DNA of 64,000 nt, taken from positions 1 through 64,000 of the forward strand of contig CAZWDO010000013.1 of the NCBI GenBank assembly GCA_964632485.1. Reading direction: 5' to 3'. Positions 57,444 through 64,000 of this stretch are shown one piece after another (the stretch's first letter is position 1; each line of letters opens with the position of its first letter). Both the position numbers and the translations under genes were made by a program. This DNA comes from an uncultured bacterium (GTDB lineage Bacteria > JAGOEH01). The notes below the pieces were generated by a model. The model had not been told where the DNA came from, made no database searches, and worked only from the letters and a program-made list of their open reading frames with translations.

Positions 57444-60053
57444 ATGAATATTGATCTTAAGACCCTGATTGAAAAGCTCAACGGGCTTTGCAGGAAGACA
57501 TTGGAAGAAACTGCTGCTCAGGCGATGGGATTGACCCACTTTTCCATTGAAATTGAGCACTATCTGCGGAAACTGCTGGAAAATTCACAGTCCGATTTTT
57601 TTCAATTGCTGCGCTATTATGATGTTTCACAAGACAAAGTTTTGAATGAACTGACGCTGGTGATTGAGGGGTTTAAACGGGGAAATACCCGCAATCCGAC
57701 ATTTTCCCCCCAATTGGTCCAGCTTTTCCAGGAAGCGTATATGATTTCCACTCTGTTGCTGGGCAACCAGAAGATTCGGTCCGGCGCTTTGCTTTTAGCC
57801 TTGTTGGATGTTGATTTGTTGCGGGGGATCGTGGTTGAATCAGCGCCGTCGCTGCTTCGCATCAATAAAGAGACCTTGCGCAATGATTTGAAGGAATTGT
57901 TAAGGACAATGGAAGAAGGCAAGGAGATTGGTGGAACTGGTAGCGGGAAAAAAGCGGACGGATCGCAAAATATGCCGTCATTGGACCAGTTCACAATCGA
58001 TTTGACGGCGCGAGCCCGGGCGGGAGAGATTGATCCGATCCGCGGTAGGGATATGGAAATCCGGCAAATCATGGATATTTTATTGCGCCGTCGTCAGAAC
58101 AATCCCATTCTAACGGGTGAGGCGGGGGTTGGAAAAACCGCAGTAGTGGAAGGCTTTGCCCAACGGGTTGTCGATGGAGATGTCCCGACAGCCTTAAAAA
58201 ATGTCAGTGTACGGATTTTGGATTTGGGATTATTGCAAGCCGGCGCCGGGATCAAAGGCGAATTTGAAAACCGGTTGAAAATGGTGATTAATGAAGTTAA
58301 AAGTTCCCCACAGCCGATTATTATGTTTATTGATGAAGCGCACATGATTATTGGCGCTGGAGGTCCTTCCGGCCAGGCTGATGCTGCCAATCTGCTGAAA
58401 CCGGCATTAGCGCGGGGAGAACTCCGCACGATCGCCGCCACTACCTGGAGCGAATATAAAAAATATTTTGAAAAAGACCCGGCCCTCAGTCGCCGTTTTC
58501 AAGTCGTTAAAATTGAAGAACCGTCAGAGAATGCCGCGATTGATATGGTGCGGGGACTCACGGGGAAGCTGGAGGCGCATCACAAGATTGTCATTCTGGA
58601 TGAAGCCGTAATTGACTCAGTCCGTCTTTCTCATCGCTATATCACCGGACGGCATCTGCCTGACAAAGCGATTGGCGCGCTCGATACCGCCTGCGCACGG
58701 GTGGCTGGCGCGCAAAATACCCGGCCGGCAGAACTGGAAAACCTGCAACGCCGTTTGGAACAGAACCAGATTGAGTATGCAATTTTAAGCCGTGAACATA
58801 AAATTGGAATGTCCCGCCAACGCCGCATAGATACTCTCCTGGCGGAACAGCCCATTCTGGAGGAACAGATTGCCCAATTCGATGCTCGCTGGCAAAAAGA
58901 AGCGGCCCTGGTAAAAGAGTTGCAAAAGTGCCAAGAACAGTTTATCACCGATAGCGCGGAACCTGAATTGCGCGATCATTATCAGTTCATACAGGAACAA
59001 CTCTTACGTTTACAGGATAAAAATCCCCTGGTACCCGTTTTCGTGGATGGCCAAACCATCGCCCGGGTGATTTCTGATTGGACGGGTATCCCCCTGGGTA
59101 AAATGGTTGCCGATGAATTGCGCAATGTAATTAACCTGGAACGGCAGCTACAAAAACGCATTATTGGTCAATCTACAGCCATTGCTTCCATCTATCGCCG
59201 CATCCAAACCTCGCGAGCGGACCTGGTGGATCCAAACAAACCCATCGGGGTTTTTCTACTGGTCGGCCCCAGCGGCGTAGGTAAAACCGAATCCGCTATT
59301 GCGCTGGCAGATATCCTTTACGGTACCAGCCATAACCTTATCACTATCAATATGTCGGAATATAAAGAAGCATATACGATTTCAGGACTTAAAGGATCGC
59401 CCCCCGGATATGTCGGCTATGGCCAGGGAGGAGTGCTCACTGAACCGGTTCGACATAATCCGTATTCCATTGTGCTGCTTGATGAGGTCGAAAAAGCTCA
59501 TCCCGATGTATTGGAACTTTTTTACCAGGTTTTTGATAAAGGAATTCTGGAAGATGCCGAAGGAATTCCAGTAAATTTTAAGAATTGTATCATTATAATG
59601 ACCTCAAATCTATGCTCGCAATTGCTTTCCGATCATTCGCTCGATCTGGAGAGCGAACAGAACCGTGAAACCGTTATGCGGCAGGTTTATCATGAACTGC
59701 GTCGCTTTTTCAAACCCGCTTTTCTGGGCCGCTTGTCGATTGTTCCTTATCTGGCCTTAAATGAACAGGAAATCCGGCAAATCGCCCAATTGAAAATGCA
59801 GCAAGTCGTCGATCGACTTAAAGCCAACCATAAAGCCCTTTTGAAGGTTCAGGAAGAAGTCTATGACCTTATCATTCAGCGCTGCACGGAAGTCGATAGC
59901 GGAGCCCGCAACATCGATCATATTTTAAACAATTCGCTATTGCCGGAACTTTCCGCCACTATCTTGGATCAAATAATCCAGGAGCGGACGTTCAATTCAG
60001 CAATCATCAGTGTCGGTGAAAATCAACAGTTTGTCATTACTTTTCAATCATGA
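57444..60053 (+). CDS. tssH: T6SS AAA+ ATPase ClpV/TssH
   Basis: RRRQNNPILTGEAGVGKT, LQAGA, GPSGVGKT, GSPPGYVGYG.GG.LT. Confidence 0.96.
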   Translation: MNIDLKTLIEKLNGLCRKTLEETAAQAMGLTHFSIEIEHYLRKLLENSQSDFFQLLRYYDVSQDKVLNELTLVIEGFKRGNTRNPTFSPQLVQLFQEAYMISTLLLGNQKIRSGALLLALLDVDLLRGIVVESAPSLLRINKETLRNDLKELLRTMEEGKEIGGTGSGKKADGSQNMPSLDQFTIDLTARARAGEIDPIRGRDMEIRQIMDILLRRRQNNPILTGEAGVGKTAVVEGFAQRVVDGDVPTALKNVSVRILDLGLLQAGAGIKGEFENRLKMVINEVKSSPQPIIMFIDEAHMIIGAGGPSGQADAANLLKPALARGELRTIAATTWSEYKKYFEKDPALSRRFQVVKIEEPSENAAIDMVRGLTGKLEAHHKIVILDEAVIDSVRLSHRYITGRHLPDKAIGALDTACARVAGAQNTRPAELENLQRRLEQNQIEYAILSREHKIGMSRQRRIDTLLAEQPILEEQIAQFDARWQKEAALVKELQKCQEQFITDSAEPELRDHYQFIQEQLLRLQDKNPLVPVFVDGQTIARVISDWTGIPLGKMVADELRNVINLERQLQKRIIGQSTAIASIYRRIQTSRADLVDPNKPIGVFLLVGPSGVGKTESAIALADILYGTSHNLITINMSEYKEAYTISGLKGSPPGYVGYGQGGVLTEPVRHNPYSIVLLDEVEKAHPDVLELFYQVFDKGILEDAEGIPVNFKNCIIIMTSNLCSQLLSDHSLDLESEQNRETVMRQVYHELRRFFKPAFLGRLSIVPYLALNEQEIRQIAQLKMQQVVDRLKANHKALLKVQEEVYDLIIQRCTEVDSGARNIDHILNNSLLPELSATILDQIIQERTFNSAIISVGENQQFVITFQS

Positions 60054-60062
60054 GAGTGTAAG

Positions 60063-62108
60063 ATGAGTTTATCGCAAACCAACATGTATTTAACCGTTGC
60101 TTCGCCTTTCGGCAGTGATGTTCTATTGCTTAAGAGTTTGGAGGGTGAAGAGAAAATATCAACCCCTTTTCATTACCGGCTTTCCTTCCTGGCGGAATCC
60201 GAGAGTTTGAGTTTTACAACTATTGTGGGAGTTGGTGTTACAATCACTATTTTAATCGAAGACCCGTTTAGTGATAAAAAAAAGTATATTCATGGGATAG
60301 TAACTTCATTTCGGCAAGGGGGGACGGATGCCCGGTTGACCCAGTATTATGCCGAGATACGCCCCGGATTTTGGTTGTTGAGCCAAAACCGGGATAGTCG
60401 TATCTATCAGAACAAAAGTGTTCCTGATATCATTGCCGCAGTTTTCGGAGATAAAGGTTACACGGATTATAAATTATCGCTTTCCGGTACATATAATCCC
60501 CGTGAATATTGCGTTCAATATGAAGAAAGTGATTTCAACTTTGTGAGCCGATTAATGGAAGATGAAGGAATTTTCTATTTTTTTGAGCATATTGACGGTA
60601 AACATACCATGGTGATTGCCGACGCCACAAGCGCGCACGTTGCCCTGTCCAATACGAGTGAGATTAGTTATAACCCGCATTACGGACAGTGGGATCAGAA
60701 TATTATTTATGACTGCTGGATTGAACAGAAATTGACATCCACCGGTTCGATTTTAAAGGATTATTTTTTCGAGACGCCCAGTACAGATTTAACGGCGCAA
60801 CAGAATCAGACGGAAACTAAAAAGAATATTTATGAGTTTCATAACAATTATACAGTAAAAGCTCAGGGCGATGCCAAAGGTAAACTTCGGGTGGACGAGT
60901 ACAAATGGCCGGCCAAGCAACTGCATGGCCAGGGCAGTTGTCGGGATATGGTTACGGGATATAAATTTACGCTCGCGGATCACCCGCGAAGCGACGCTAA
61001 TGCGGACTATGTGATTGAATCGTTGCGCATAGACGCAACTCAGGATCGGTTTTACTGCACATTTTCATCCTTTCTGTCCACGGCGACCTATCGTCCGCCG
61101 CGCGTAACCCCCCGGCCTCGTATTCTCAGCGCCCAGACGGCGTTAGTTACCGGGAAGTCCGGCGAGGAAATCTGGACCGATTCCTATGGACGCGTCAAGG
61201 TTTATTTCTATTGGGACCGGTATGGGACCCAAGATGAAAACTCATCCTGCTGGATTCGTGTCAACCAGGGCTGGTCTGGAAAAAAATGGGGGGCTATCTT
61301 TATTCCCCGCATGGGTATGGAAGTGATCGTTTCTTTTATTAACGGCGATCCCGATAAACCCCTGGTTACCGGCGCCGTTTATAATGCGGAACAAACCGTT
61401 CCCTATACATTGCCGACGGATCAGACGAAAAGCACCATTAAGACCAATTCCAGCAAACAAGCTACTGGATATAACGAATTGCGCTTTGAAGACAAAAAAG
61501 CGGAAGAAGAAATCTACGTCCACGCCCAGAAAGATATGAATACAGTAGTCGAAAATGATCAAACAAATAAAATCCTGCATGATCAGACTGATACGATTAC
61601 TAATCATCGGACTACAACCGTCTCAGAGGGCAATGAAACCCTTACTGTGAGTAAAGGGAATCGCTCGCTGGATGTTGCTACGGGGAATGAAACCCATCAT
61701 GTTAAAGGAACGCGTGATCTGACAGTGGAAGGGAATGAAACCCATACCAATAAAATCGATTTCACACAAACTGTCACTGGCAATTATAAATTAACCATCG
61801 ATGGCACATTAACGGTAGAAGTGAAAGGCGCTATTTCCATCAAGTCCACCACCGATAGTATTACTATTGACGCCAGTCAGAACCTGAATACCAAGTCGGG
61901 ACAGAATACAAAAAATGAGGCCGGAATGAATTTCGATAATAAGGCCGGGATGAACCTGACGAATGACGCTGGAATGAAAATGGTAAACAAAGCGGCTTTG
62001 CAAATGGAAAATAAATCATTGGCAATTACAAGCTCCGCTGACGGGATGCATGAAGTCAAAGCCGGTGGAATTTTAACCCTCAAAGGCACTTTAATCAAGG
62101 TCAATTAA
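60063..62108 (+). CDS. vgrG: T6SS spike VgrG (no C-terminal effector domain)
   Basis: REYCVQY.ESD..F..RLME.EGI, EI.TD.YGRVKV.F.WDR, PR.G.EV.V.F..GDPD.P, HAQKDM; beta-helical repeats to the C-terminus. Confidence 0.97.
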   Translation: MSLSQTNMYLTVASPFGSDVLLLKSLEGEEKISTPFHYRLSFLAESESLSFTTIVGVGVTITILIEDPFSDKKKYIHGIVTSFRQGGTDARLTQYYAEIRPGFWLLSQNRDSRIYQNKSVPDIIAAVFGDKGYTDYKLSLSGTYNPREYCVQYEESDFNFVSRLMEDEGIFYFFEHIDGKHTMVIADATSAHVALSNTSEISYNPHYGQWDQNIIYDCWIEQKLTSTGSILKDYFFETPSTDLTAQQNQTETKKNIYEFHNNYTVKAQGDAKGKLRVDEYKWPAKQLHGQGSCRDMVTGYKFTLADHPRSDANADYVIESLRIDATQDRFYCTFSSFLSTATYRPPRVTPRPRILSAQTALVTGKSGEEIWTDSYGRVKVYFYWDRYGTQDENSSCWIRVNQGWSGKKWGAIFIPRMGMEVIVSFINGDPDKPLVTGAVYNAEQTVPYTLPTDQTKSTIKTNSSKQATGYNELRFEDKKAEEEIYVHAQKDMNTVVENDQTNKILHDQTDTITNHRTTTVSEGNETLTVSKGNRSLDVATGNETHHVKGTRDLTVEGNETHTNKIDFTQTVTGNYKLTIDGTLTVEVKGAISIKSTTDSITIDASQNLNTKSGQNTKNEAGMNFDNKAGMNLTNDAGMKMVNKAALQMENKSLAITSSADGMHEVKAGGILTLKGTLIKVN

Positions 62109-62118
62109 GGAATCAATT

Positions 62119-62964
62119 ATGGATAGCCCCGAACCCGTCGAAACTGGTGAAGCTCTGGAAGAAAAACGCATTCTGGATGATGATGGGCATCTCCTTAAGC
62201 ATTTTTTTCTGTTGAATGAACAGATCCATGGCCGTTGTATGCAATACTATCCTCAGGGTAACCTTGAACTAGAATCAAATTTTGAACAAGGTAAGCTTCA
62301 TGGGGAAATGCGGCAATACTCCCCAGAGAACAAATTGGTATTAGTCGCTCATTATATTCAGGGGGTTTTGGAAGGCGAGATGATTGTCTATGGTGAAAAT
62401 GGAAAGTTTTCTCAAAAATCGCAATTTACGCAGGGAAAGCTCAATGGGGAAACTATGATGTATAACCTTGATGGTCAGATGATCCAACGAATTTTTTATG
62501 TGGATGGTAATGTTGAGGGCAGAATGAAAAGCTATAAAAATAATCAGCTTCAGTTGGAAATTGATTATGTGAAAAATGTCCAGGACGGGGAGATGCTAAG
62601 CTATAGCGACAATGGCAATCTCAGCGCTCGGTACCTTTATCGCAAAGGGAAAATGAACGGTCCGGCATCTTTGTATGATAGCGAGGAACGCCTCGTCCGG
62701 GAAATGAATTATGTGAATAATAATCTCGAAGGCGATGTCCGCGATTATTATGAGAACGGTGAACTTCGACAGCTTTCTTTTTATCGCGAAAATCTATTGG
62801 AGGGAGAAATGTTGCTTTATGATGAAGAAGGCTATTTGCGTAAGCGCATTTATTATAAAAAAGGAAAACAGCAGGGAGAGCCTATTGAATATGATCAGGA
62901 AGGGAATGCGCTGAATCAGCCGGAAGATACTCCGAAGAGAAAGAAATGGTTGGGGATTTTCTGA
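62119..62964 (+). CDS. MORN-variant repeat protein (YwqK-like)
   Basis: About ten ~23-aa repeats of G.M..Y..NG.L....Y..G.L; tail KRKKWLGIF. Confidence 0.85.
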   Translation: MDSPEPVETGEALEEKRILDDDGHLLKHFFLLNEQIHGRCMQYYPQGNLELESNFEQGKLHGEMRQYSPENKLVLVAHYIQGVLEGEMIVYGENGKFSQKSQFTQGKLNGETMMYNLDGQMIQRIFYVDGNVEGRMKSYKNNQLQLEIDYVKNVQDGEMLSYSDNGNLSARYLYRKGKMNGPASLYDSEERLVREMNYVNNNLEGDVRDYYENGELRQLSFYRENLLEGEMLLYDEEGYLRKRIYYKKGKQQGEPIEYDQEGNALNQPEDTPKRKKWLGIF

Positions 62965-63110
62965 ATCGGAGCTTGCCGGTGGAGGTTGAAAAAATCGATT
63001 AGCCGTCATGGGTTGCATTTCGCTGATTAGTTCAGGTTTGCGCGATGTTCCTTGAATGTGACTGCGATCGGATACTGTTTTTGATTGTCAATGGGATAGT
63101 TGACACCGAT

Positions 63111-64000
63111 TCAATTGGAATGGGGTATTAAAATTGTTGATATTACTCCCCGCGGCTGACGGTTTTCTACACTAAGCGTTCCCTCAAATTTTGAGATTAA
63201 AATGCGGGTGATGGGCAATCCTAAACCCATGTGGCTCAAATTCGGTTTTGTGGTAAAAAATGGATCGAATATTTTTTCCGGATCACCAGCTAACCCGCAA
63301 CCATTGTCTTCGATTGTGATTCTGAATGTTGAATTCTCCTTGGCGCATCTGATCTGGATGGTTTTAAGATCAGGGGGCTCACTATCGAAGGATTCGATAG
63401 CATTCATGATTAAATTTAAAATTATCTGAATAAAATTTATTTTTGAACCTTTTAATTGGAATTGATATGGTTGGTTGACTGATAATTCGATTTGGCGTTC
63501 CTTAATCTGGATGTCGATTATTTTAAGGGCTTCCGCAATCGCTTCTGTTAGCGGAAATAGCTCTTTTTCCGTATTCATCGCGGTTTGAAATCGGCGCATT
63601 TCGCCGATAATTTGCTGGATTCGCTGGACGGAGATGGTAATATCCGTCAGATAATCACGGACAAAACCGGGTAATCTCCCTCCTTTAAAGTCTTCCCAGT
63701 ATAAAAGACTCTCACTCAGAACACGGATCGCGTTTAGTGGTTGATTGATTTCGTGGGTGATTCCGGCAGCCATGGTGCCGACGGTGGCCAAACGGGTCGC
63801 CTTCTCGATTAATTCCAGATTGGCCTGGTTTTTGCGTTCAAGTTTAATTTTTTGCTGGTAGTTTTGCTCGCGTTCATAAGCGCTCAGAACAAGGGCAGCG
63901 ATGAGCTCGGCTACATTGAGATCGCTTTTTTGCCATGCGTAGGGAGTGTGTTTAAAAAAGAACATTAATCCTACAATTTGATGCTGCCGTTTAAACGGGA
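63111..64000 (-). CDS. Sensor histidine kinase (NtrB-like HisKA), 5'-truncated by the window edge
   Basis: AGITHEINQPL, NL..NA, DNGCG, FDPFFTTK, GLGL; frame stays open upstream of 63965 to the window end. Confidence 0.9.
   Translation of the reverse strand, partial: PFKRQHQIVGLMFFFKHTPYAWQKSDLNVAELIAALVLSAYEREQNYQQKIKLERKNQANLELIEKATRLATVGTMAAGITHEINQPLNAIRVLSESLLYWEDFKGGRLPGFVRDYLTDITISVQRIQQIIGEMRRFQTAMNTEKELFPLTEAIAEALKIIDIQIKERQIELSVNQPYQFQLKGSKINFIQIILNLIMNAIESFDSEPPDLKTIQIRCAKENSTFRITIEDNGCGLAGDPEKIFDPFFTTKPNLSHMGLGLPITRILISKFEGTLSVENRQPRGVISTILIPHSN

Noticed and set aside
61560-62050. Repeats in the vgrG 3' end as a DNA repeat array or diversity-generating target
   Set aside because: They are degenerate protein-level beta-helix repeats; no reverse transcriptase or template repeat is present.
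62965-63110. Possible PAAR/DUF4280 remnant after the MORN gene (ATG GGT TGC...)
   Set aside because: The frame closes after 15 codons and no PAAR-like motif is recognisable.

Overview
Bacterial DNA of moderate GC, probably a metagenome scaffold (10-N gap at 438-447). The gene content resembles an FCB-group/candidate-phylum diderm (inference from BatA-like, DUF58, DUF5683, DUF3467 and Y_Y_Y sensor families). Layout: (1) 1-7 kb accessory zone downstream of tRNA-Pro(UGG), with a very GC-rich partial ORF, TetR, membrane proteins and an AAA-ATPase/PD-(D/E)XK gene bracketed by identical 44-bp REP-like repeats. (2) 7-23.7 kb housekeeping and signalling genes: frameshift-regulated prfB, DUF58/BatA-like, a lipoprotein-giant TPR-REC/GGDEF-REC/HD-GYP operon, an ExbD-like pair with TPR and PrsW, and pepT. 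(3) 23.7-41.6 kb minus-strand block: a tightly coupled ~15 kb operon (membrane-spanning nSTAND1-WD40, TPR-TonB receptor, GNAT-like, Npt1-MFS/HEAT/cNMP, Y_Y_Y-GAF kinase, REC-PP2C). It is preceded by STAS, a frameshifted RsbW, a porin and a decayed CHAT protease remnant. (4) 41.7-63 kb: near-complete proteobacterial-type T6SS (tssKLMABC-hcp-tssEFGH-vgrG-MORN) with a divergent SPOR/unknown/TssJ-like operon and no visible PAAR or toxin. The STAND-centred trans-envelope signalling operon and its adjacency to the T6SS are the best candidates for an uncharacterised system. All product calls come from motif recognition by eye; no searches were run.
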